This document shows, piece by piece, positions 10,259 through 18,937 of a stretch of DNA of 64,000 nucleotides; position 1 is the stretch's first letter; each line of letters starts with the position of its first letter. Under the pieces are notes generated by a model that saw only the letters and a list, made by a program, of their open reading frames with translations, was not told where the DNA came from and made no database searches. Position numbers and translations under genes: made by a program. The DNA comes from a virus, in IMG/VR virus record IMGVR_UViG_3300020424_000652; one strand, written 5' to 3'.

Positions 10259-11230
10259 TTAAAAGATCATGCTTAAAAGCAATGATCTGTTTTTACTAAT
10301 TATTTCATCTCTTACATTATTACTATTTACATAATATAAGCCTGTTTTACCTACTCCTTGACTCTTTGCGTATATCTTTAAACCATCTGTTGGTTGTGCT
10401 GGATCAACAGCAGAATCATCTGGGCTAGGTGTCGTTAAAATTTGTAATTGATCGTCAATGACAACTGAACCTGTACCTGGAGCGGATAAAGTTAAATCTG
10501 CATTACTAGTGGTAGTGCTAATTCTTGAACCATCAATTCTTAAATCATGTAATTCTGATCTATTGTCATAAAAATTAACATTGTTTACTCCATCAACTGT
10601 TATTGATGCAACACTTGTAAGTCCAGTTGTTTCAAAATCTGCAACAACCATTTCTGTGAAACTTGAACTTCCATCTCTAATTTTTTGGAAGTCTGCCGCG
10701 GCAACCTGTGCCGCAATCTGTACGTCAACATATTTTTTGTTTGGAATATCATCATCGTCAGTAACCTGATTTTCATATGCGTTTGTTCCGCTTACACTGA
10801 TAACACCAGTTCCTGCATTAATAAGATACAAGTCTCCACCACCAGTTGAAATACTTCTTACTTCAAGTCCAATGTTTCCACCATTGATGTCTCTTGTTTT
10901 AAATCCACCTTGTTTAATTGTTTGTGTAACTGGATCGTTCCAACTTACAGTTTCATCAAAAACAAATTGTGTATTTGGTTTACTACCTCTGTCAATCTCA
11001 ATACCTGCTGTTGATAAACTTACACCAGCACCTTGCTCTCCAGAATTTAAAACTATGATGTTGTCTTTTAGATCTAAATTTGTTGCGTCAACTTGAGTAG
11101 TAGTACCTTTCACAACAAGGTTACCTGTCATGTAAACTTGGCCAATCTGGTTACCTGTGTCCAGGAAGATACTTCCTGCATCATTTGTCTTTATGTGATA
11201 ATCACCTGATGTTACTACATACTTTGTCAT
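10259..11230 (-). CDS. Fibre-like virion structural protein (323 aa)
   Basis: GNLVVKGTTTQV...DNIIVLN..E.G.G....AGIEIDRG motif, also present in 57793..59604; D.IPNKKYVD fibre motif. Confidence 0.65.
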   Translation of the reverse strand: MTKYVVTSGDYHIKTNDAGSIFLDTGNQIGQVYMTGNLVVKGTTTQVDATNLDLKDNIIVLNSGEQGAGVSLSTAGIEIDRGSKPNTQFVFDETVSWNDPVTQTIKQGGFKTRDINGGNIGLEVRSISTGGGDLYLINAGTGVISVSGTNAYENQVTDDDDIPNKKYVDVQIAAQVAAADFQKIRDGSSSFTEMVVADFETTGLTSVASITVDGVNNVNFYDNRSELHDLRIDGSRISTTTSNADLTLSAPGTGSVVIDDQLQILTTPSPDDSAVDPAQPTDGLKIYAKSQGVGKTGLYYVNSNNVRDEIISKNRSLLLSMIF

Positions 11231-11248
11231 TTACAATTCCCTTAAAGT

Positions 11249-11272
11249 GTTGTGGGGACCAAAGCCCCCACA
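11249..11272 (-). terminator. Hairpin after 11283..11729 (weak terminator or processing stem)
   Basis: UUGUGGGGGC-UUUG-GUCCCCACAA stem on the minus strand; poor U tract. Confidence 0.45.
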
Positions 11273-11282
11273 AACAAACTAA

Positions 11283-11729
11283 TTACGCATTTGCGAAATC
11301 GTCGTCGTCAGTACCTGCTTTTGTATCATCGTCACCAGCTTCTTCAATTTGAGCGGCTCCGTCTGATCCAGATGCTGTAAATGTCCAAGCTAATGATGTT
11401 CCTGATAGTGCATTTGAACCTGTACCATCTGGTGCAATCACAGTAGCTTTTCTACCAGCGATTTTTGAGATCTGATAAGTTTCATTATCATCACCTTTTA
11501 CAGTAATACACATTTCTGTACCTGTAAGTGCTGATGCTAATTTACCTGTAGTTAAGAAACGATCGTACTCTGTTGAGCCACCGATTTCCTTAACACGGAA
11601 CTTTTTTGATCCTAACTGCTTAACGATGTAACCTTCAGTAACAGCTGAGCCATCATGAAAGTCTACTTTGATCTCGTTTCCACCCGCTGTAGGTGTTCCG
11701 AAAAATCTTTTATTAATTGGTCTTCCCAT
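11283..11729 (-). CDS. Probable abundant virion protein (148 aa), possibly capsid decoration
   Basis: Own late promoter, strong AGGAGA RBS and downstream hairpin; lies next to gp23. The function is inference. Confidence 0.6.
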   Translation of the reverse strand: MGRPINKRFFGTPTAGGNEIKVDFHDGSAVTEGYIVKQLGSKKFRVKEIGGSTEYDRFLTTGKLASALTGTEMCITVKGDDNETYQISKIAGRKATVIAPDGTGSNALSGTSLAWTFTASGSDGAAQIEEAGDDDTKAGTDDDDFANA

Positions 11730-11814
11730 TTGTTTCTCCTTTGACGTTCTAGGTCTACGGGGTTATGTCCCCATAAGTCCGCCGTAAATGCGGCTCGCTT
11801 TTTATAGACACAAG
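11730..11814 (-). promoter_or_regulatory. Candidate structured 5' leader of 11283..11729
   Basis: GC-rich stems GCCG/CGGC and UAUGGGG/CCCCGUA, plus a competing GUCUAU/GUAGAC pairing, between late promoter (11815-11822) and RBS. Confidence 0.5.
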
Positions 11815-11822
11815 TATTTATC
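11815..11822 (-). promoter_or_regulatory. Late promoter GATAAATA
   Basis: Motif match and orientation. Confidence 0.7.
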
Positions 11823-11849
11823 AAAGTTATGGGAATGGGTAAAGAAAGG

Positions 11850-12060
11850 TATAGCAAAATAGGTAGGACTTGGTTACACCTACAAGCACGTACCGGAATA
11901 CCATTCTAATACGTACAACCTAACCCCGCTAGTGACTGCGATGTGAACCTGCGGATTTCTCCTACAAGCCCTGGGTACCACCCCTGGTTAGTCAAGTTCG
12001 ACCCTTCTGGTAAAGGCCTCTTCCTTGCACTATAATTAAGAGTTAATTACTCTCCTAATG
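11850..12060 (-). ncRNA. Putative ~200-nt structured ncRNA (family unassigned)
   Basis: No ORF and raised GC; at least five hairpins with G-U pairs and a GAAA tetraloop on the minus strand only; paired ends; own sigma70 promoter. Confidence 0.65.
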
Positions 12061-12070
12061 CTATGTTTAT

Positions 12071-12099
12071 AATATAACACCGTTTTTTGAAAAAATCAA
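12071..12099 (-). promoter_or_regulatory. sigma70-type promoter TTGATT-17-TATATT with extended -10 TG
   Basis: Exact 17-nt spacer; sits downstream of the gp23 terminator and points into the ncRNA. Confidence 0.6.
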
Positions 12100-12143
12100 C
12101 CATAAAATGCAAAAAGGTTGTCCAAAATAGAAAGAATATCCAC

Positions 12144-12173
12144 AAAAAAAGATAGGCCCCGAAGGGCCTATCT
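12144..12173 (-). terminator. Rho-independent terminator of the capsid operon
   Basis: AGAUAGGCCC-UUCG-GGGCCUAUCU perfect 10-bp stem followed by a U run, 25 nt after the gp23 stop. Confidence 0.9.
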
Positions 12174-12197
12174 AATATTTCGTCTTAATCCTAAGGA

Positions 12198-13364
12198 TTA
12201 AGAGAATGTTACGTTACTGATAGTTACAGTACCTAAGTAGTCTGCCGCATTACCAAGAGATGATGCTGTGTTGTTTAACTCAACATAACCATATCTTGTC
12301 ATGAAACTTACTACTGGCTCAAATGTAGACGGATCTAACACTACACCACTAGACATTAGTGGAATGTATGGGCAGTAGAATGCCGCCGCATCAGATTCGC
12401 TTGATCCTTTGTAACCAACTAGTACTGCTGTTGCATCAGTGGCATATGAATCAACATATACCTTCATCGCACCGTTCAAAGTACCAACAAATTTAGTATT
12501 TGTTGGAGCCTCAAAAGCACCTTCAGTTGTTCTTGCGAACGCTGAAGTTGTTGCAGACTGAAGTACTGTTAATGTGTGTGGTGAAACCACAGCCCAGTTA
12601 CCAGCGCCACGTCTTGTTCTTTGTGCGATTGTGTTAGCAACACGGTTGATCATCACAGCCAAAGCCGCGTGTTCATCACCAACGAATGTAGCAGTTCCTG
12701 ATACACCGTTTTGATCGTATGCTTGTTGGTTTGTAGAACCTGCTAAAGCACGTAATGATGCAAGTACTTCTTGATCAATCTCAGCAGTAATTTCTTGAGC
12801 TAATGCCGCCATAATTTCTGCTTCGATGTCAATACCTTGCTGTGCTTGAGCATCTTGAGCCGCTTCAAAAGTCCATCTAGCTGATAGCTTTCTGGTTTTT
12901 GCTTCGACTGTTTGTTTTAAGATCTGGATCGATAATCTCTTTCCAGCGTCCCCTTCTAGTCCAGCCGTAGCCGCACCTTTTGGAGTTGCATCAGTGGCAT
13001 TACCTGAGTATGCCGCCGCGATCTTGAATGGTGATAGAGCTTCTTCACCAACTTCGTTACCATCAGATGAATCTGCATAACGAACTCTTAATGTGTGGAT
13101 TTGACCCACTGGTCCTGTCATAGGTTGTACACCAACTATTTCGTTAGCTATAACCGTAGGCATAACCCTTCTGATTACTGGTAGGATAACTCTGTTAAGA
13201 GTTGCTACATTACCGGCGCTTGTAGAACCAGCTGTTGCAGTCTCATTCAACCACTTGCGTGTGTTTTCTAGAGTACTTGCCATTACAGCCTTTTTGTTAC
13301 CGTTTAGGCCTTCTAAAAGAGCAGTTTTGGTATCCTGCCAGCGACTTTCTAGTAGTTCTGACAT
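12198..13364 (-). CDS. gp23: Major capsid protein (T4 gp23 family)
   Basis: RRVMP.VIANEIVGVQPMTGPVGQI, VEAKTRKLSARWT.EAAQD, EITAEIDQE, RRGAGN, FYCPYIPL, F.P.VSFMTRYG motifs; follows gp21-gp22. Confidence 0.97.
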   Translation of the reverse strand: MSELLESRWQDTKTALLEGLNGNKKAVMASTLENTRKWLNETATAGSTSAGNVATLNRVILPVIRRVMPTVIANEIVGVQPMTGPVGQIHTLRVRYADSSDGNEVGEEALSPFKIAAAYSGNATDATPKGAATAGLEGDAGKRLSIQILKQTVEAKTRKLSARWTFEAAQDAQAQQGIDIEAEIMAALAQEITAEIDQEVLASLRALAGSTNQQAYDQNGVSGTATFVGDEHAALAVMINRVANTIAQRTRRGAGNWAVVSPHTLTVLQSATTSAFARTTEGAFEAPTNTKFVGTLNGAMKVYVDSYATDATAVLVGYKGSSESDAAAFYCPYIPLMSSGVVLDPSTFEPVVSFMTRYGYVELNNTASSLGNAADYLGTVTISNVTFS

Positions 13365-13374
13365 TGTTTTCTCC

Positions 13375-14478
13375 TTATTTCAATCCAGCAAGTTTTTGAA
13401 TACTAATGATATTGTCATTAGTTTCTTGACTTACTCTACTAACTTGTGATTCTTTATTGCCTGTAATTGCTTTTGCCTCTGACTCTGTAAGTGTAGCCTT
13501 CTTCTTGGCTGGAGTTTTCCCGTCAATAACTGCCGGTATGTACTTATCAAATGCTTTTTGTAATCCATCTGTCTGTACGTTTTCCAGTAAGTCTACCATA
13601 ATCTCACGCTGGTCCTTGCTCAAAGGTCCAGTAAGTTCGTGCATTACTTTTTCTCTCTTAGCCGCATCATTAATCTGTTTGATTTCTGCGTCTTTACTCT
13701 CGACGATTTTCTTAACTTCTTCAACTTCTGCTTTAGCTTCTGCAACTGCTTTGTCTTTAACATCTACAACTTTCATAAGTTTAGCTGTTTCTGACTTTTC
13801 GTTTAAGTAGCTATTAGCATACTCGCCTGCGAAAGTTTCGAAAATTTTGCGACCAAAATCATTTCTACGTGCTGAATCAATATCTTCTTTGAGTTGTGTA
13901 ATTTCTTTGTTAAGATTCTTACTAACTCCTTCGGATACAATTTTTGCACTTTTCTCAACAAAAGTCTTACGTACTTTTGCAAGATGTTCCTTAGCTTCTC
14001 TAACAAGTTTAACTTTAGTTTCAGCTAGGTCTTTTTTATCTTCGTGGAACTCTGCTATTTCTTTAGCTAGAGCCTCTACAACAAATTCCTCTAACTTGCC
14101 AAACTTATCTGACATAGTTTTTTGGTCTTCATGTAGTTCACCCACTTCCTTCTTCAACTGTTCAAAAACAAAACCTTTTAACAGATCTGCGTTTTCACGC
14201 ATAGCAACAGCATACTTGGCTCTTGCTTCTGCTAATTGTTTTCTATCTTCAGCAAATTCGGAAATTTCTTCGCTTAACTTTTCAGTTACCATTTTGTCGA
14301 TTGCCTCAACCATAGTAGCTTTATCGTGTTCGTACTTTTGTGCGAACTCTTCGCGAAGTTCAGCTGTGACATTCAGTTTGTTTTCAGCAATCTGTGTGTC
14401 CCATGCTTTTTGGATGTCGGCTCTGATCTCTTCAGAAATTGCGTTGTTTTCAAAGAGTGATTTCAGTGCTTCCAACAT
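13375..14478 (-). CDS. gp22: Prohead core scaffolding protein (gp22-like)
   Basis: Highly charged coiled-coil protein between protease and capsid; GRKIFETF and LTE motifs. Confidence 0.85.
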   Translation of the reverse strand: MLEALKSLFENNAISEEIRADIQKAWDTQIAENKLNVTAELREEFAQKYEHDKATMVEAIDKMVTEKLSEEISEFAEDRKQLAEARAKYAVAMRENADLLKGFVFEQLKKEVGELHEDQKTMSDKFGKLEEFVVEALAKEIAEFHEDKKDLAETKVKLVREAKEHLAKVRKTFVEKSAKIVSEGVSKNLNKEITQLKEDIDSARRNDFGRKIFETFAGEYANSYLNEKSETAKLMKVVDVKDKAVAEAKAEVEEVKKIVESKDAEIKQINDAAKREKVMHELTGPLSKDQREIMVDLLENVQTDGLQKAFDKYIPAVIDGKTPAKKKATLTESEAKAITGNKESQVSRVSQETNDNIISIQKLAGLK

Positions 14479-14493
14479 AATGTTTTCTCCTTA

Positions 14494-15129
14494 TTACTGG
14501 AGGCCTTTAATTATATTAATTAAAGATTCCTTCAAATAGTTTTGTGCCTTCGCGTCGCCTTGAACTTCACGTGCTAATCTAAGTGCCTGATACCCCCCAC
14601 GGGCATTTAATAAATGCTCGTAAATTGGTGTTGGGTAGGCACCTGGAGCACTGGGTTGAGCAACTACGTCGACTGTAATAATCTCGTAATCACTAACTTG
14701 TCCGGAACCGTCTTCTGTGACGTTTCCACTACCACGTGATGAGACACCTAGTTTAACTCCGCTTTCCAGCATTGTTTTAACTAGGTTGCCCATCGGCGTA
14801 GGTAATACTTTTAACTTACCATAACCGTTTGGACCATCCATCCACATTTCTGTGATCATATGGCTTACACGGTCTAAGTTAATGTTAAGTCCTTCTGGGT
14901 GATCAACTTCACCTAGAACACTATATCCACCGCTAATCTGGTCATTGAGAGTTTCGACAGCTCTACCAATCTCGGTAACAGGGTAAACACGTTGGTTTGC
15001 GTTACGCACACCACCTTGGATACAAATTCCTTTTAGAAAAAGGTCTTTGCCCCCTTTATCGTTTTCAGTAGTCTCGATGACCATCTTCGCTTGGTCGAAC
15101 GATAGTCTTTCAGTTAAGTTTATATTCAC
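14494..15129 (-). CDS. gp21: Prohead core protease (gp21)
   Basis: GICIQ...NANQRVYP, LGEVDHP, NLDRVSH, LGVSSRGSG, DVVAQPSAPGA catalytic motifs. Confidence 0.96.
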   Translation of the reverse strand: MNINLTERLSFDQAKMVIETTENDKGGKDLFLKGICIQGGVRNANQRVYPVTEIGRAVETLNDQISGGYSVLGEVDHPEGLNINLDRVSHMITEMWMDGPNGYGKLKVLPTPMGNLVKTMLESGVKLGVSSRGSGNVTEDGSGQVSDYEIITVDVVAQPSAPGAYPTPIYEHLLNARGGYQALRLAREVQGDAKAQNYLKESLINIIKGLQ

Positions 15130-15155
15130 TTTAACTCCTTAACAGTTACGCAAAA

Positions 15156-16199
15156 TTAAGAACCGATAGTCGATTTCTTGTTATCTGCGCCTTCGCCTGA
15201 TCCTTTTTTCTCAGCACCATGGCCTTTTGAGTCTTTCGACATTGACTTACTTGCTTTTCCACCTGGAACATTCACGTTACCCATGCTGTCCTCTTTTGGT
15301 GCATCAGCTTTTCCACCAGTTTCTTCGCCACCTTTGACGATGTTACTAGCGTCTCCGCCCATATCGTTTTTACCAGCTACTGGAGACTTCTTGTTGTCTG
15401 CCGCATCATTTTTTGAAGGTTCTGCAACTTTTGTTACATACTCTCTCATTAACTCTGCACTAGACTGAACAGGTTTGTCTGCATTTTCAAATGCTGGTTG
15501 CTCAAGCTCGGCTTCCGGAGCAATTACATCAATTGCTTCGTCTTCCTTCTCTTCATCATCTCCGGCTTCCATGTCATCCATGTCATCGCCTTTGTCTTCG
15601 TCACCCATGTCGTCATCTTTTTTATCTGACATCATAGCGTCGAATTCAGCTTTAAGATCATCAAGAGCATCTTCTAAGTCAACAACTCTGTCTTCCATGT
15701 CTTTGTCGTCAGCGTCGTCTTCTTTATCTTCACCGTCATCTTCGATGTCAGCAATCATATCATCAGCGGCATCGCCACCCATGTCATCATCGCCTTCTGG
15801 TGTAATAACTTCTTCGAAGTCTTCGTTTGCTTTTTCGTCTTTAGCGTCTGAATCATCTGAAGCTTCTTCTACTTTGTCTTCATCTTTTTCTTCTGCTTTT
15901 TCTTCAACTTTGTCTTCGTCTTTTGCATCAGCTTTTTCTTCAACTTTGTCGTCTGCATCTTCTTTTGATGCTTCGTCAACTGCTTCGTCGTCAGCTTTTG
16001 CTTCTTTTTCGTCAACTTTTTCGTCTTCAGATTTTGAAGCTTCATCAACTTCTACGTCTTTAACATCGTCTTCGATTAGACCTTCATATATTGAACGAGA
16101 TTTCTCAACAACTATTTCGTGAAATAGCTCTTCAGCTCCCGCTTTGTCTTCTGCGATTAACTTTTCTAGCATCGCTTCAAATTTAGATTGATTTGCCAT
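15156..16199 (-). CDS. Highly acidic prohead core protein (positional gp67/gp68 analogue, 347 aa)
   Basis: D/E-rich with repeated KVEE/VDEA units resembling gp21 cleavage sites; directly upstream of gp21; AGGAGA RBS and late promoter. Confidence 0.7.
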   Translation of the reverse strand: MANQSKFEAMLEKLIAEDKAGAEELFHEIVVEKSRSIYEGLIEDDVKDVEVDEASKSEDEKVDEKEAKADDEAVDEASKEDADDKVEEKADAKDEDKVEEKAEEKDEDKVEEASDDSDAKDEKANEDFEEVITPEGDDDMGGDAADDMIADIEDDGEDKEDDADDKDMEDRVVDLEDALDDLKAEFDAMMSDKKDDDMGDEDKGDDMDDMEAGDDEEKEDEAIDVIAPEAELEQPAFENADKPVQSSAELMREYVTKVAEPSKNDAADNKKSPVAGKNDMGGDASNIVKGGEETGGKADAPKEDSMGNVNVPGGKASKSMSKDSKGHGAEKKGSGEGADNKKSTIGS

Positions 16200-16245
16200 T
16201 GTTTTCTCCTTCTCCTGTTGGTTTAGATGGTAAGGCTGTCACTTG

Positions 16246-16274
16246 TATTTACTATTTTAGAGGAAAAGTGCGTA
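16246..16274 (-). promoter_or_regulatory. Late promoter GTAAATA with upstream TACGCAC element
   Basis: Upstream of the core-protease-scaffold-capsid operon. Confidence 0.6.
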
Positions 16275-16309
16275 GATATGTGCCAAAAATCGCCTATTTT
16301 ACATTAAGA

Positions 16310-16903
16310 TTATAAAATTTGTAAGCGATTTTTGAAATCGTGTATAGTTATGTGTTCAAGGTTGACTAATTGCTGTAAATTATCTGGACAATAATCCTCC
16401 AAGTTCACTACTACTCGTATATATCTCTTTTGTGGATTTTTTTGAATTACTATTGCAGTTTGTCTGGCCCAATTACCATGGTATGTAGCTGGGTCTGAAG
16501 ATTTTTTGTAATTTTCTGTATCTGCATAGATGTTATTCAACAATCCGCCCGATCCCTCAAAGTCAAATCCTAGTATGTATATTGGGTCATTGTCATGTCC
16601 TTTGCCATATGTAGCCAACCACAATGCAGTAGGTCCACTGCTCCAACCCAACGATTCTTCAAAAAAGTTGAGTTTGTTCATTTTATCAAATACTTTGTTT
16701 GGATTAGTCCATACTTCATGGGTATGTTGCCACTTATGTCTATCAATCTCACTTACCATCTTTGTGTCAACTGCAACAAGATAGTCTGGTTCAAACGTTC
16801 TATAGACTGCGTTGCAGGCATATATCTTGCCATGTGGTCTAAGTTTGTTTAGGTCTAAGTGTTGTCTTGATTTGCCATTACCTATTATAAAGGCTGTGGT
16901 CAT
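16310..16903 (-). CDS. Sialyltransferase/Maf (DUF115)-like nucleotide-sugar transferase fold protein
   Basis: AFIIGNGKS...IYACNA......PDYLVAVD...SSGPTALWLA...IYILGFDF pattern of GT29/GT42/Maf-type folds. Confidence 0.6.
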   Translation of the reverse strand: MTTAFIIGNGKSRQHLDLNKLRPHGKIYACNAVYRTFEPDYLVAVDTKMVSEIDRHKWQHTHEVWTNPNKVFDKMNKLNFFEESLGWSSGPTALWLATYGKGHDNDPIYILGFDFEGSGGLLNNIYADTENYKKSSDPATYHGNWARQTAIVIQKNPQKRYIRVVVNLEDYCPDNLQQLVNLEHITIHDFKNRLQIL

Positions 16904-16923
16904 TTAGATTCTCCGTAAAGCGT

Positions 16924-17166
16924 TTATGCCGGTTCGGCGTTAGCCGCTAGTCCGTACATTTGACGAACAAAGTGCAATTCTTTCTCCTGCTCTTCTTTAT
17001 GTAGCTCTGATGCTTTACGAATTTTATTGATTTGGCGTAATGTTAATCTTGTTTTACGTGTATCGTCTTTTGTCACAATGGACTGGTCATAGGAAGGATC
17101 ATACCCCTTCTGTTCACCTGGCTCAAGTGTTTCTTTATCAAAATAAAATAGTTCACGTAATTGCAT
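16924..17166 (-). CDS. Small head-morphogenesis protein (80 aa)
   Basis: Immediately after portal; DTRKTRLTLRQINK...VRQMYG; own late promoter. Confidence 0.7.
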   Translation of the reverse strand: MQLRELFYFDKETLEPGEQKGYDPSYDQSIVTKDDTRKTRLTLRQINKIRKASELHKEEQEKELHFVRQMYGLAANAEPA

Positions 17167-17171
17167 AATAC

Positions 17172-17179
17172 TATTTATA
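17172..17179 (-). promoter_or_regulatory. Canonical late promoter TATAAATA overlapping the portal stop codon
   Basis: Exact T4 consensus, 5 nt before the ATG at 17166. Confidence 0.7.
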
Positions 17180-18929
17180 CTCCTGCTGGTGGTGTTGCTC
17201 CGCCTCCAGGTGCTCCTCCGCCTGTTGCTGTGTCCGGTGGTGTTGCTGATCCACCATCTACTGGTGCTGGTTCTTCACCTGCCGCAACGTCTTCACCTGC
17301 TCCTGCTCCACCTAAGTCTGCACCAATACCTGCGGCACTAACTCCTCCGCCACGTAATTCACCTGCGGCGTCTGTTGGTGGTGGAGTGATGTTTTCATCA
17401 TTTTCTTCACGCCATAGTCTTTCGTTATCAGCAAGTTCTTCTTCAGTCAAGCCTAAGAAACGTTTTAGTGCAAATCTATTTGATATGTAAGGTATTGCAC
17501 TCATTTGTGTGTAAGTCGGTACTCTTGCATTATCAATTTCACTTTGTCTGTAAGCGGCAAAGTTTTGTGGTGTTTGGAATCTTAAATCAAACATAGCAGT
17601 ATCAATGTTGATACCTTTTTCAATCATGTAACGTTTAAATTCTTGATTTACTTCTTCAACTACTAAATTTTGTAGTCTTTCACAGTATGTATTGAATCTT
17701 AATTCTTGTATGTATGCAGTTCCAACTCTACCATCTTGAAACTGTGTTGCACCATCATCTGGTCCTGTTGGCAAGTAAGAACTTGGAATACGTAAACCTC
17801 TAACAAGTTTGTTAGTAAAGTATTTCAAGTCATCAATCTCACCTAAGTTTGTACCACCTGGTAATGTTTCAACCTTAGATCCTCTTCCTTCTGCTGTTTG
17901 TGGAAAGAAGTAATCCTCATTGATTGATAATGGATTGTATGCACTATCAATAACATTTTGTCCGCCACCTGTTGCACTAGGTATACGTCTTTGATGTATA
18001 TCTGTTTTAACACGTTCTACAAATTGCATAGCCAAGTGTGATGGCATATTACCTACATCAACGTAAAATACTCTACGTTCCGGAGCTCTTTGTACACGAT
18101 AAATTATAATTGCATCTTCAAGTAATTCTTTTTGTTTGTATACTTTAAATATTGATTCTAATAAACTGTTACCAAAAGGAAAGTTGTTGTCTAATCCTTC
18201 TGATAAACTTAGATGCACAACATTCTCAGCATCAACGGCAATCTCTTGCACATCTTTTTGAAATCTTCCGCCTTGCATTCCTTGATTAGGAGCACCAACA
18301 TAACCACGAACACCACCTTGCATATAACCACTGCCACCACCTGTAACGTTACCTGTTGTTTGATGTGGAGTTGTTGCAACAGCATCTTTGAAATTCAAGT
18401 TCATGTTTCTAATGATGTATTGCTCAGGCTTTTTGCCTTGTGATTCGTTTACAATGATACGTGATACGTTTACTGGATCAATGTAAAACCATCTTTTAGT
18501 TTCTGGATCTCTAATAAAGAAAGCATCACCATATTTGAAAATGTTACGCATGATACGAAACATCTTGGTTTCAAAGTTTTGTATCTTGCACCATTGTTGT
18601 AAGTATAGTTTAAGTGTCTGTACTTCTGAATTCGTTGCTTTTTGTTTGAAGTCAATTATAAAAGGCGTGTTGTTGCTTTTATTTTTTTGTGTTGTAAATT
18701 CTGCTAAAATATCAAGTGCGGCATTAACTTCTGAGTCTAAGTCCATTGTGTTGTATTGACCATAACGTTCAACACGATTAGGACTACCTACATATACATC
18801 TGGTAGATAAGAAGAATAGTTTGCTTGGGCTGGACCCATGCCTGAACTGCCAGTGCCTCCTAAAGGACTGTAATTGCCAGATCCACCTTCTTCTGTTTTT
18901 ACCGGATTGAAATATCTTTTCCAACTCAT
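17175..18929 (-). CDS. gp20: Portal vertex protein (gp20)
   Basis: LLEDAIIIYRVQRAPERRVFYVDVGNMP, EDYFFPQ..EGRGSKVETLPGG.NLGEIDDLKYF..KL.RGL.IP.S motifs. Confidence 0.97.
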   Translation of the reverse strand: MSWKRYFNPVKTEEGGSGNYSPLGGTGSSGMGPAQANYSSYLPDVYVGSPNRVERYGQYNTMDLDSEVNAALDILAEFTTQKNKSNNTPFIIDFKQKATNSEVQTLKLYLQQWCKIQNFETKMFRIMRNIFKYGDAFFIRDPETKRWFYIDPVNVSRIIVNESQGKKPEQYIIRNMNLNFKDAVATTPHQTTGNVTGGGSGYMQGGVRGYVGAPNQGMQGGRFQKDVQEIAVDAENVVHLSLSEGLDNNFPFGNSLLESIFKVYKQKELLEDAIIIYRVQRAPERRVFYVDVGNMPSHLAMQFVERVKTDIHQRRIPSATGGGQNVIDSAYNPLSINEDYFFPQTAEGRGSKVETLPGGTNLGEIDDLKYFTNKLVRGLRIPSSYLPTGPDDGATQFQDGRVGTAYIQELRFNTYCERLQNLVVEEVNQEFKRYMIEKGINIDTAMFDLRFQTPQNFAAYRQSEIDNARVPTYTQMSAIPYISNRFALKRFLGLTEEELADNERLWREENDENITPPPTDAAGELRGGGVSAAGIGADLGGAGAGEDVAAGEEPAPVDGGSATPPDTATGGGAPGGGATPPAGV

Positions 18930-18937
18930 TTATTTTC

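Noticed and set aside
11975-12020. GTTCGA T-loop-like text suggesting a tRNA
   Set aside because: No cloverleaf, acceptor stem or CCA; the structure is better on the opposite strand.
13457-16122. Long plus-strand ORFs (13847..14539, 15475..16122 and others)
   Set aside because: Antisense shadows of the charged scaffold and core genes; Ser/Phe-rich, no RBS or motifs.
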